Assembly (NCBI GenBank): GCA_964016885.1
Contig: OZ024743.1
Span: forward strand, 351,850,001 to 351,914,000
DNA length: 64,000 nt
Direction: 5' to 3'
DNA from: Eledone cirrhosa
Taxonomy: Eukaryota
Shown: piece by piece, positions 34,349 through 49,800 of the stretch
Layout: every line of letters starts with the position of its first letter
How positions within the stretch are numbered: the first letter of the stretch is position 1
Made by a program: the position numbers and the translations under genes
Notes under the pieces: model-generated
Seen by the model: only the letters and a program-made list of their open reading frames with translations
The model's database searches: none
What the model was told of the DNA's origin: nothing

Positions 34349-36560
34349 AGAACAAAAGATGGTTAAAAGAGTTCCATGTATTTTATTATGCACATTTCAA
34401 AAACAAATATCATCATGCAATAATATTTGTGTTTTCATCAGATAAAACAGGAAGACATGATATGAAGGTTAAAAAACACTTGTGGATAGTGCAGTTTTAA
34501 ATCAACATATGAGAAGTAGTTTTAGATTGATGTGTGATATTGGGAAAAATATTTTATTTTGAGGGGGGTGGGGCTGGAAAGGATGAAAAAGAGGAGGAGA
34601 TGAGAGTAAAAAGTGGAGAGGGAGGAGTATAATGAGGAAGGATGAGATAGGAGGAGAGATGGGTGATAGAGAGATAGCTTTTATAACTGAGAAAGATATA
34701 TTGTTTTACATAGAGAGGTTGAAAACCGTTGGAAGATAATGTATAAATTAAATGAATTTGAAAATTAACGAAGAGAAAAATAATGTAAAGTTAAGGTTTG
34801 TATATTGAGGGGTTTAATAATATGTACGATGAAAAGAAAATGTTAATATGTATTAAGAATAATATTTAAGAGTTTAATAACATGTGCGATGGAAAGAAAA
34901 AGTTAATATGTATTAAGAATGATATTTAAGGGTTTAATAATATGTGCGATGGAAAGAAAATGTTGATATGTATTATTAAAAAGAACAACAGGTAATTTAA
35001 GTAAGGATATATTGTGAGATGAGCATGAATGAGTTAGATGAAAGGGAGAAAAGAATAATGAATTGATTAATAATCTATCGTCAAAAAAAATGTTTATGTT
35101 TACGAAGGATTTTTACAAGGTGATATAGAGTAAGAATGTATTGTATTATGTAATAATTGATTCTATGTTAGGCAACAGTGAGAAAAGGTACAGATTAGGG
35201 GTTAGACATTAAAAGAAAAAGAGAAGAAAGGGAAGTGATAAATAGGAGCGATATAGAATGAGTAACAAGTATTATATAATGTATAATAAAACCTTTGAAA
35301 TAAGGTAGAAAGATGGGTATATTTTTAAAGAAGTGTATATATATATATGTGCCTTTGAGAAAAAGATTCTAAATTGATAAAGATTTGGATATTAGCTGTA
35401 TACTTTGTGGAATGTTTTGTGGAATTTATGCAAGCAGATAGAAAACAAGTCAGTGCGTCTATTTATTATAGAATCTAAATTAGATATAATGGTAAATTTT
35501 TCATTTAGACAAAGATTGCAAATCTTGGATAGAGAACTGTTCAAGTATAAAGAAGCAGAAGAAACCTTCCAAAAGATGCTATATTTAATATTTTTGTCTT
35601 TCAAGGACCATATGAGTTCTGAGAGAGCCGTGTTAGTTCTTTTAAGTTTGTATTTAAAAGACGAATGATGGTTATAAAGACGAGCTTTAAAAGAGGTGGA
35701 AGTGGAGCCAAAATAGGTGAAGGAATTGGTGTCAGTTATAACTTTACATTCGTAAATTAAGTTTTTATCAAGACAATGGTTGTTGAGAGGACATTTATTT
35801 TTAACAGGGCAATTGCAATTGCGATTAGAGAGATTATTAACGAGTGACCTAGTGTTATCTATACAAGGAATTGGATTGGAGAAGTTATTTGCGATAGGAA
35901 TAATAGTTTCTTGATTTAGAATGGGATTAAGAACATTTAGCGAAGTTGTGTTTGACGTATTTGGGTTTGCAGAAATTAGCCTAGGGTTTACAATGATGTC
36001 GGGAGTACTATTACTATTATTATGATATTCAGTGTTGGAAGGAAGAGATTTAGTATTTAGTATTTTATTGTTGTGTTTAGAGATAATGTTGGAGGATGTA
36101 GAATAGGAAAATTTTATAGTGTGTTTGTTAAATATTTTACTATAGATATGTGAGGGAGGGAAGCATTTATTTAAGGCACTAAAGAATAATTTAGGAATAT
36201 TATTATTAATAGAGATGGAGAAAGGAGCATTATACCAGATTATGTTTTTGTATCTAGGTCTTTTATTAAAGTTATTGGAATGATCATGATTAATTATTCT
36301 ACTGTAAGTTCTTCTAGAATTTGTTTCTTTACTATATTTGATTTTATCAGGATAGCCGGCTTTAGAAAGCGCGTTATTATAGTAATTGGCGTTAGCATCA
36401 AAGATGTTTTTATTAGAAGATAGGTTAGATATTCTTTTTCCAATATTACTAACTATAGCATTCTTGATATTAGTAGGATGGTTAGATTTAAAGTTAACAT
36501 AATTTAGGTTCTCATTGTTTTTATGGTAAGGGTAATATAGGCCAGTGTTCTTATATATTA
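34349..36560 (-). mobile_element. 5'-truncated Penelope-like element (RT thumb + Cys linker + GIY-YIG endonuclease) with ~1 kb 3' region
   Basis: ORF 35392-36612: LYYPYHK..YVNFKSNHP, IIWYNAPFS, IFNKHTIKFSYS, CNCPVKNKCPLNNHC, LIYECKV..TYFGST.FKARLYNH, CNLCLNEK. Hammerhead in the 3' region. Confidence 0.88.
34381..34447 (-). ncRNA. Type I hammerhead ribozyme in the 3' pseudo-LTR of the Penelope element
   Basis: Minus strand: ttttat-CTGATGA-aaacacaaatattatt gcat gatgatatttgttttt-GAAA-tgtgca-TA-ataaaa. Same polarity as the ORF. Confidence 0.8.
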
Positions 36561-36780
36561 TGTATAATCCAGTCCTACAAACTGTAGAGTGCTTCTTATC
36601 CGATATCTGCATTGCTTTATTGTACTACAATAAAACTCACCTCCTACATATATATATATATATATATGTATATACATATATATATGTATATATATATATA
36701 TATGTATATATATATGTCTATATATATGTATATAAATATGTATATATATATATGTATATATATATATATGTCTATATATG

Positions 36781-36811
<31 letters not shown>

Positions 36812-36919
36812 GTATATATCTGTGTATAAGAATTTTATGAATTAGTAATAATCGGCCAAATCTATCTTACAATGACAGGTCAACAAGCAGGGGGCCAAAA
36901 TACTAAAAAAAGAAAAAAC

Positions 36920-38900
36920 TAATACGAAATAACAATTCAGAATCCCCCCCCCCCCCAATACTGATATACGAGAAACTAAAGCAGAGATACCACTAAGAAA
37001 TCTAGAAGTCACGGAAATGGGGCAGCAATCAGATAAGAAAGCAAGTATCTGGGGTCTAGCACATCTGCTATAAAAAGCGGAATCGGGCAATTCTATCATA
37101 GAATAGGGGGTGGGGGTACAGAGGACCGAAGGGCTGCCTCGGGGTGGGCGAGAAGGTGAAAAGAACGACGACTAAGAAGGAGATCTGGGGTGGAAGGATT
37201 AGGAAGGGATGGGGGGAAATATAGAGAAAACAAAAAAATATATAAGAAAATCTTAGGTCTACCTTTGTAAGCTTACCCACTACAAAGTGGGCAAGTGTGG
37301 TGTTACAACCCTTGTCTACCCCCCCCCCCCGCCAGGTCATTATGGGGTTTGAGGGCGAGGTAAGTCCTACGCAATCTATGTTTGCATGCAGTTACCAGTT
37401 CGTCTTTCTTGTTTAGGAGTTGGTCCGTCGAAAACAGGATTTGTAATGTTTCCTCCGAGCATAAGTTACATGGACGGCGTCCTCCCGTGTAAGAGTTGGC
37501 TCTGGACAGTAAGCGCCAAGTGAGATTATAGGTTATATTGTTATCTTTGAGGTCCCAGATGTGGCCCGAAAGTGTAGTGGCGTGACGCCGGGCCGGGTTT
37601 CGGAAAGTATGTCTGTGTTGGTATAGTCGGGTCTTGAAGTCACAAACGGTTAATCCTATATAAGCTTTGTTGGAGGTGTCCGTCCTCACGTTGCACTGGT
37701 AGATCACATTACGATCTCTGCATCTGTTGTCGAGGGGGCAAATGGATCCATCAGGACAGTTACACCTGGTCGGCTTTCCACTGCTATCTAGGTTATTTCT
37801 TCCATAGGGATTGAGTTTTTTGTTGTTAGAGGAGACGATGTTTTGTGCAAAGTTAGGTGTGGTGCTGTAGGAGAGTTTGATGGTATTTTTGTTGATTATG
37901 TTGTGGTAGCGGTGTTGTAGTGGGAAGTGTTTTTCTAATGAGCCTAAAGAAGATTTTCCCGATAGGTGTTGTCACCTCGGCGTTGTGTGGAGGATTGAAC
38001 CATGTTACTTCGCGTGAGAGGCGGTGTCGCCTGCTGGTTCCGTTAATGGAAGCTGGACAGTAGATATTTCCTCCCGGAAGCCACTCCGCTTGAGGGCCTG
38101 GTTGTAATAAGGCGCATGTTCCTCGAATATCTGCTCATTAGCGGACAAACGAGATATGCGGAGGGAGATGTTTTTAACCAGGTTATTGGTGATGTTTCTA
38201 GGATGGTTTGACCGGCGGTGGATGTAGTTCAGGTTGTCATTTGGTTTCGGTATGGGTAGTACAGATCATTTTTGAGGTTAAGGATAACGTCCAGGAAATT
38301 GAGTCGAGTTATGGACGTTTCTAGGGTGATTTTAAATCCCCAGTCCCGGAAGAAATTGATTAATTGTTTACGGACCCGGTCTATACTACTGGGGTTGTAC
38401 CCTTTAAGGGTAAGGAGCCCATCATCACAGTACAATCCACCGCCGAATGCAGGAAAAATATCGGTGAGTTTAACTCGTAGGAATAATCCTAGACAAGGGC
38501 TGTAACACCCCACTTGCCCACTTTGCAATGGGTAACCCCTGCTTACAAAGGTAGACGTAAGATTTTCTTATATATTTTTTATTGTTTCCTCTATATTTCC
38601 TTCTTCCCCCATCCCTTCCACCCCAGATCTCCTTCTTTATCGTCGTTCTTTTCACCTCACCCACCCCGAGGCAGCCATTCGGTCCTCTGTACCCCCCCCC
38701 TATTCTATGATAGAATTGCCCGATTCCGCTGTTTATAGCAAATGTGCTAGACCCCAGATACTTGCTTTCTTATCTGATTGCTGCCCCATTTCCGTGATTT
38801 CTAGATTTCTTAGTGGTATCTCTGCTTTAGTTTCTCGTATATCAGTATTTGGGGTGGGTGGGTGGGGTGGGGGGGGGTTCTGAATAAATTTTTCTTATTA
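36920..38900 (-). mobile_element. Second Penelope-like element (RT motif C to GIY-YIG, 37303-38490) flanked by ~400-bp inverted repeats (36920-37318 / 38490-38900)
   Basis: GGLYCDDGLL, LNFLDVILNL..YYPY, IYQCNV..AYIGLT..FKTRLYQH, CNLCSEE. The flanks are reverse complements, the hallmark inverted pseudo-LTR at a 5' truncation. Confidence 0.9.
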
Positions 38901-39031
38901 AATTTTCCGTATTAGTTTTTCATATATATCGTATGACCATTTATGTAGTTTGTATTAGAATTTATGTATTGTAGCAGTACTCTTATATATCGTATTAGTA
39001 TTCATTTTCGAAATTCTGAATAAATATTTCG

Positions 39032-40065
39032 TATTAACGGCTGAGTAGCCCAATTTGCATATCGAGTGGGTTAATCGGCCGGGTGCACCGAAAACGATAA
39101 ACGGAAAAAATGAAACGAAATTTCATTTCCCACTCTTAGTACGGCTTTTACTTAAATATAAGTATGTATACGTACATACATATATGTATACAGACGTACA
39201 GTAGTATGTATATATATATACATACATGCGCACATACATATATGTACGTATTGATTCACCGAACATTTATTATAATGCTCGGTGTGTTTGTAAACAAACA
39301 TCCCTTATTAAGACGTAGTGTCTAGCAACCATCGTTGCTCGTTTGTTCAACACTGACAAAGCAACGCTGTACTAGATTCAAGCTTATTAGCTATCGTCAG
39401 CAACGTATACCTTCCTGCCAGATGATTGAACGTCTGAAAGTATATACTTTCCTTATGCATATTAACGGCTGAGTAGCCCAATTTGCATATCGAGTGGGTT
39501 AATCGGCCGGGTGCACCGAAAACGATAAACGGAAAAAATGAAACGATATTTCATTTCCCACTCTTAGTACGGCTGTTACTTAAATGTAAGTATGTATACT
39601 TAAATACATATATGTATACAGACGTACAGCAGTATGTATATATATATATATACATACATGCACACATATATATATGTACGTATGGATTCACCGAACATTA
39701 ATTATAATGCTCGGTGTGTTTGTAAATAAACATCCCGTATTAAGCCGTAGTGTCTAACAACCATCGTTGCTCGTTTGTTCAACACTGACGAAGGAACGCT
39801 GTACTAGTTTCAAGCTTATTAGCTATCGTGAGCAACGTATACCTTCCTGCCAGATGATTGAACGTCTGAAAGTATATACTTTCCTTATGCATATTAACGG
39901 CTGAGTAGCCCAATTTGCATTTCGCGTGGGTTAATCGGCCGGGTGCACCGAAAACGATAAACGGGAAAAAATGAAAGGAAATTTCATTTCCCACTCTTAG
40001 TACGGCTGTTACTTAAATATAAGTATGTATACTTACATACATATATGTATACAGATGTACAGTAG

Positions 40066-40143
<78 letters not shown>

Positions 40144-40810
40144 CACATATATATATATGTACGTATGTTTGTTTACAAACACACCGAGCATTATAATAAA
40201 TGTTCCGTGAATCCATACGTACATGTACATAAGGAAAGTATATACTTTCAGACGTTCAATCATCTGGCAGGTAGGTATACGTTGCTGATGAAAACTAATA
40301 AGCTTGAAACTAGTGCAGTGTTGAACAAACGAGCAACGATGGTTGCTAGACACTACGGCTTAATACGGGATGTGTGTTTACAAACACACCGAGCATTATA
40401 ATAAATGTTCGGTGAATCCATACGTTCATATATATATGTGTGCATGTATGTATATATATATACATACTACTGTACGTCTGTATACATATATGTATGTACG
40501 TATACATACTTATATTTAAGTAACAGCCGTTTCATTTTTTCCGTTTATCGTTTTCGGTGCACCCGGCCGATTAACCCACTCGATAAGCAAATTGGGCTAC
40601 TCAGCCGTTAATATGCATAAGGAAAATATATACTTTCAGACGTTCAATCATCTGGCAGGAAGCTATACCTTGCTGACGATAGCTGACAGCGTTCCTTTGT
40701 CAGTGTTGAACAAACGAGCAAAGATGGTTGCTAGACACTACGGCTTAAACACACCGAGCATTATAATAAATGTTCCGTGAATCCATACGTACATATATAT
40801 ATATGTGTGC

Positions 40811-40854
<44 letters not shown>

Positions 40855-40900
40855 TACTGTACGTCTGTATACATATATGTATGTATACTTATGTATGTAT
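39032..40900. repeat. Dispersed inverted block of the 420-bp hammerhead satellite: ~2.7 monomers on - (39032-40165), then rearranged monomers on + (40165-40900)
   Basis: Same sequence as 46881-64000 plus a diagnostic tttcagac insertion. All four hammerhead motifs carry lesions. Confidence 0.92.
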
Positions 40901-41044
40901 ACTTATATATGTATACTTATGTATATATATATGTATATATATATAAAGGAACGATCGACTTTCGTCAAATCGGACCGAGGGAACAATGTTTCCGTTGGTC
41001 TTTCCAATTGCTAATACTATCTATCGGTCGCAACTCCAGGTAGA

Positions 41045-41164
41045 AGAAGCAACGTGAAATAAAGTGTCTTGCTCAAGGACATAACGCATCGCCTGGTCCA
41101 GGAATCGAACTCACAACCTTACGATTGCGAATCCAATTCTCTAACCACTCAGCCACACGCCTTC
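41045..41164 (-). mobile_element. tRNA-derived SINE head fragment
   Basis: Minus strand: gaaggcgtgtggctgagtggttagag..gagttcgattcc..tccttgagcaagacacttta. Confidence 0.75.
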
Positions 41165-41747
<583 letters not shown>

Positions 41748-42420
41748 TGAAAGGATAGACCAACACTGGGAGGAACTAAAAGGACGAAAAAACGGTTCAG
41801 TACTATACGAACAAGCCAGACAACAAACGACGGTAACATAGACAACATTGAAATTAGAATAATATCTAAACATAGAAATGACTCAGCAGATAGGCAAATC
41901 AGAGAGGCCAGTGAAATAGAACTTAGAAGGCCTAGGCTAAACAGAAAGAATGAATGGAATAACAACAACACCAAACAAACAACACTGACCTAAGAGAAGT
42001 ATAAATAAATAAATAGATAAATAAATAAATAAATACATACACAAGCACAATAACAACAAACACATATAAACACACACTAGTAAAGATAGAATGCATTAAC
42101 CAATACACAGTCACCCAATCACGAACACACATCAAACAAAACACTATACACACACGCAAACGCATGCGCAAAGAAGACAAAATAAAATAAATAAATATAT
42201 AAACAGACTAAATAAAGATGGCGTAGAAAATACAATGCAACGGAGGAAACAATAGCACCACTGACGATGTTGCAGATGTGCAACGAAAGAACTTTGATAA
42301 ACTATATATATGTGTTTGTGTCTATATTGTATCTGTATTATTTTTGACCGTTGGTCAGTCAATGGCAACATTGAGGACCGAATAAATTAGATTATCGATA
42401 TAAAAGACACAGAAGCGAAA
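41748..42420 (+). mobile_element. 3' fragment of a third Penelope-like family (GIY-YIG C-terminus + 3' region with a hammerhead core at 42261-42288)
   Basis: [15 protein letters not shown] / [44 protein letters not shown]-t-gttgca gatg tgcaac-GAAA, with stems I and III degenerate. Confidence 0.6.
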
Positions 42421-42429
42421 ACCAAGCAA

Positions 42430-43800
<1,371 letters not shown>

Positions 43801-44039
43801 TCTTGCTTACATTTCCTCATTTCCTAATACTGAAACTACTATGTAAACACATATTATGATTTAGATGCAATTTAATATTCTATGTTCCTTGAAACCTATA
43901 TTTACTATAATCCCCTCCCCCCCCCTATAATTATTTGTATTTGTAAGCGTGGATGTACGTATGTATATGTAGGTAGGTATGTATGTTTGGGTGCTTGTAT
44001 GTGAGTATAAAAATACATATGTGCGCATGTAAATAAGGG

Positions 44040-44051
44040 TGTATGATGGTG

Positions 44052-44122
<71 letters not shown>

Positions 44123-44310
44123 ATATATGTATATATGTATGTATGTATATATATGTATATATGTATGTATGTATATATATGTATATATGTATGTGTGTAT
44201 ATATATATGTATATATATGTTTATGTGTATGTGTGTGTGTGTATATATATGCGTATGTGTGCGTGTATATGTGAGTATATATATATATATATATTTGTAG
44301 TTGATGAGTG

Positions 44311-44361
<51 letters not shown>

Positions 44362-44447
44362 GTGCATAATTGTCTGACTGTGTGTATTTATTTATTTATT
44401 TATTTATTTCTTTATTGTATATACAAGTATATGAGTATAAGTATATA

Positions 44448-44503
<56 letters not shown>

Positions 44504-44744
44504 CATATATATATGTATGTATATGTGTGTGTGTGTGTGTGTATATATATTTATGTGTGTATATATATCTATATATATATATATGTATATGTTTGTATGT
44601 ATATCTCTTTATTTATGTATGTCTGAGTTGTGTGAGCGTGTAGTTGTATGTGTATATGCATACATGGATGTGTGTGTGTGTGTATATATGCGTATATGTA
44701 TGTGTATGTGTGTGTGTGTATATATATGTGTGTATGTATGTATG

Positions 44745-44805
<61 letters not shown>

Positions 44806-44830
44806 GTGTGTGTGTATATGTGTGTGTGTA

Positions 44831-44861
<31 letters not shown>

Positions 44862-44890
44862 GGGTATGTATGTGTATATGTGTATGTACA

Positions 44891-44931
<41 letters not shown>

Positions 44932-45069
44932 TGTGAGTATGTATGTATATATATATATATGTGTGTATGTATATGTGTCTATGTATTTATATGTGTATAT
45001 GTATGTGTCTCTATATATATGTGTGTGTATATATATGTATATATATGTATATATATATATATATGTGTA

Positions 45070-45118
<49 letters not shown>

Positions 45119-45165
45119 ATATATATCGATGTGTATTTTATATTTTACTTGTTTATATATATATA
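44040..45165. repeat. (TA)n/(TG)n compound microsatellite
   Basis: Directly visible. Confidence 0.95.
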
Positions 45166-45739
45166 TTTTTTTAATATTCTTTTTATTTCTAAATTTATAG
45201 ATACATTTTTAAATAGGCAGTTTGTCTGACACCCGTAAATACTGACCCCCCCCCCAACCTACTTTCTGTATCTGGACCTAAATATATGTGGCAGTGCTTA
45301 TGTGCGCGCCTTAATGTCCATATGCTTATGATAATAATATATACACATATATGTGTGTGTGTGTGTGTGGGTGTGTGTGTGTGTGTATGTTCGTGGTCAT
45401 GTGTATGTTTATGCGTATATGCGCGTGTGTGTGTGAATGTATGTTTATGTGTGTATATATGAATGTGTATATGTTTATATACGTATATGTATTTTATCTG
45501 TAGATTATAAACATACAGAGACATTAGCCCTGAATTTTTGTATTTACATACATTTTTTCGACATGCGTATGCATGTGAACATATATTTTTATGCATATCT
45601 GTGAACGAAGTTACTTACATATATACACACACCTAACTGTATTTTCTGGACATATTTCTGTGTATTTCATTGGTCAATTTGAACTCTGTTCCCAAACAGA
45701 CCTGTAATTTTGAATTGTTGTTATTATCAATAAATATAT

Positions 45740-45892
45740 TTCATTATTTCTGAAGACGGCATATATATGTGTTGGTATGTATATTAAATTTGATAGTTTG
45801 TATAATTTTGTATAATTTTGTACATAGATCTGTTAAATATGCATGCCAATTCTAACACATATATGTCCTAGAAACGATCGTTAAATAATGAA
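45740..45892 (+). ncRNA. Type I hammerhead ribozyme with a very long stem II
   Basis: ttcattattt-CTGAAGA-[cggcatatatatgtgttgg...ctaacacatatatgtccta]-GAAA-cgatcg-TT-aaataatgaa. Perfect 10-bp stem I and palindromic stem III. Confidence 0.75.
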
Positions 45893-46085
45893 CTTTTTTG
45901 TTTAATATAAGGAACTGTTTCATTGTTTTATTCATTATTTTTTTAATATTTTATCTTGACTCTGTATTCCGTTTATCTTTCACCGAAAGTGATTTTTCAT
46001 TGCATCTCTTCTTTCCATGATATCCGGACAACATTGAGTTCTTCATACGGATTGGACACTACCGTAAACTCTTGGTAGATTTATC

Positions 46086-46156
<71 letters not shown>

Positions 46157-46407
46157 GAAAGGTATAGAAATTGTTTTAGCGAGAAGCCAAAAGTATTCCA
46201 TAACATATATGCGACTATGTCGTCAAGATGGGAAAAATAGTTAACGTAAGATGTAGGAAAAATAATTCAAACACATCTCAAAAGAGAATCAGGATATAAA
46301 TTCATCCACAGAATGTAGTGAAATCCAGGGAAAAATCAATAGAGCCTTAACTCATGATAAAATAAAGTCTAAAATACTTATCCTTCAATTTGGAAAAACA
46401 TCAAATG

Positions 46408-46485
46408 CTCTGTATAGTCTTAAAGACTATTTCATGAAAACTTTCAGTGGAGATGGTCACGGTTGGATTTCAATCGTCAGCAGAG
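46408..46485 (-). ncRNA. Type I hammerhead ribozyme within a Penelope-type pseudo-LTR fragment (46153-46642)
   Basis: Minus strand: ctctg-CTGACGA-t tgaaa...tttca t-GAAA-tagtct tta agacta-TA-cagag, with a full hairpin stem III. Confidence 0.8.
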
Positions 46486-46647
46486 GTCAACAGATAACCA
46501 GGACTCTCACAGATTTATAAGCCAAAAAGGGAATTCTAAAACTGGCTAGTTCACCATCATGCGTGATTATGAAAAACGCACTTGAGGAAAAACAGGGCTA
46601 GTGATGTCAGGATGAAATGAATGTTTGTTTACAAGAAATAACATATA

Positions 46648-46776
<129 letters not shown>

Positions 46777-46880
46777 TGCCCCCTCGCTATCAAGTATGGC
46801 CATTGCACGAGGAGAAAAAAAAAATAATAATAAATAAATAAAAAAGAAATATATGTATATAAACACATACATATACATAT

Positions 46881-49800
46881 ATTGGGCTACTCAGCCGTTA
46901 ATATGCATAAGGTAAGTATATACGCTCAACAATCTGGCAGGAAGGTATAGGTTGTTGAGGATAGCTAACAAGCTTGAAACTAGTACAGCATTACTTTGTC
47001 AGTGTTGAACAAACGAGTAACGGTGGTTGCTAGACACTACGGTTTAATACGGGATGTTTGTTTACAAACACACCGAGCATTATAATAAATGTTCGGTGAA
47101 TCCATACGTACATATATATATGTGTGCATGTATGTATATATATATACATACTACTGTACATCTGTATATATATGTGTATTTAAGTATACATACTTACATT
47201 TAAGTAACAGCCGTACTAAGAGTGGGAAATGAAATATCGTTTCATTTTTTCCGTTCATCGTTTTGGGTGCACCCGGCCGATTAACCCACTCGATATGCAA
47301 ATTGGGCTACTCAGCCGCTAATATGCATAAGGTGAGTATATACGTTCAACAATCGGGCAGGAAAGTATACGTTGCTGACGATAGCTAACAAGCTTGAAAC
47401 TAGTACAGCGTTCCTTTGTCAGTGTTGAACAAACGAGCAACGGTGGTTGCTAGACATTACGGCTTAATACGGGATGTTTGTTTACAAACACACCGAGCAT
47501 TATAATAAATGCTCGGTGAATCCATACGTGCATATATATATATGTGCATGTATGTATATATATATACATACTACTGTACGTCTGTATACATATATGTATG
47601 TAGGTGTACATATTTATATTTAAGTAACAGCCGTACTAAGAGTGGGAAATGAAATATCGTTTCATTTATTCCGTTTATCGTTTTCGGTGCACCCGGCCGA
47701 TTAAACCACTCGATATGCAAATTAGGCTACTCAGCCGTTAATATGCATAAGGTAGGTATATACGTTCAACAATCGGGCAGGAAAGTATACGTTGCTGACG
47801 ATAGCTAACAAGCTTGAAACTAGTACAGCGTTCCTTTGTCAGTGTTGAACAAACGAGCAACGGTGGTTGCTAGACATTACGGCTTAATACGGGATGTTTG
47901 TTTACAAACACACCGAGCATTATGATAAATGTTCGGTGAATCCATACGTGCATATATATATGTGTGCATGAATGTATATATATATATACATACTACTGTA
48001 CGTCTGTATACATACATGTATGTACGTGTACATACTTATATTTAAGTAACAGCCGTACTAGGTGTTGGGAAATGAAATATCGTTGCATTTTTCATCGTTT
48101 TCGGTGCACCCGGCCGATTAACCCACTCGATATGCAAATCGGGCTACTCAGCCGTTAATATGCATAAGGTAAGTATATACGTTCAACAATGTGGCTGGAA
48201 TGTATACGTTGCTGACGATAGCTAACAAGCTTGAAACGAGTACAGCGTTCCTTTGTCAGTGTTGAACAAACGAGCAACGATGGTTGCTAGGCACTACGGC
48301 TTAATACGGGATGTTTGTTTACAAACATACCGAGCATTATAATAAATGTTCGGTGAATCCATACGTGCATATATATATATATGTGCATGTATGTATATAT
48401 ATATACATACTACTGTATGTCTGTATACATATATGTATGTACGTGTATATACTTATATTTAAGTAACAGCCGTACTAAGAGTGGGAAATGAAATATCGTT
48501 TCATTTATTCCGTTTATAGTTTTGGGTGCACCCGGCCGATTAACCCACTCAATATGCAAATTGGGTTACTCAGCCGTTAATATGCATAAGGTAAGTATAT
48601 ACATTCAACAATCTGGCAGGAAGGTATACGTTGCTGACGATAGCTAACAATCTTGAAACTAGTACAACGTTCCTTTGTCAGTGTTGAACAAACGAACAAA
48701 GGTGGTTGCTAGAAACTAAGGCTTAATACGGGATGTTTGTTTACAAACACACCGAGCATTATAATAAATGTTCGGTTAATCCATACGGGCATATATATAT
48801 GTGTGCATGTATGTATATGTATATACATACTACTGTACGTCTGTATACATCTATGTATGTACGTGTACATACATATATTTAAGTAACAGCCGTACTAAGA
48901 GTGGGAAATGAAATATCGTTTCATTTTTTGCGTTTATTGTTTTCGGTGCACAGCCGGATTAACCCATTCGATATGCAAATTGGGCTACCCAGCCGTTAAT
49001 ATGCATAAGGTAAGTATATACGTTCAACAATCGGGCAGGAGTGTATACGTTGCTGACGGTAGCTAACAAGCTTGAAACTAGTACAGCGTTCCTTTGTTAG
49101 TGTTGAACAAACGAGCAGCAGTGGTTGCTAGACACTACGGCTTAATACGGGATGTTTGTTTACAAACACACCGAGCATTATAATAAATGTTCGGTTAATC
49201 GATACGTGCATATATATATGTGTGCATGTATGTATATATATATACATGCTACTGTGCGTCTGTATACATATATGTATGGACGTGTACATACTTATATTTA
49301 AGTAACAGCCGTACTAAGAGTGGGAAATGAAATTTCGTTTCATTTATTCCGTTTATCTTTTTCGCTGCACCCGGCCGATTAACTCACTCGATATGCAAAT
49401 TGGTCTACTCAGCCGCTAATATGCATAAGGTATGTATATACGTTCAACAATCTGGCAGGAAGGTATACGTGGCTGACGATAGCTCACAAGCTTGAAACTA
49501 GTACAGCGTTCCATTGTCAGTGTTGAACAAACGAGCAACAGTGGTTGCTAGACACTACGGCTTAATACGCGATGTTTGTTTACAAACACACCAAGCATTA
49601 TAATAAATGTTCGGTGAATCCATACGTGCATTTATATATGTGTGTATGTATGTATATATATATACATACTACTGTACGTCTGTATACATATATGTATGTA
49701 CGTGTAGATACTTATATTTAAGTAACAGCCGTACTAAGAGCGGGAAATGAAATATCGTTTCATTTTTTCCATTTATCGTTTTCGGTGAGCCCGGCCGATT

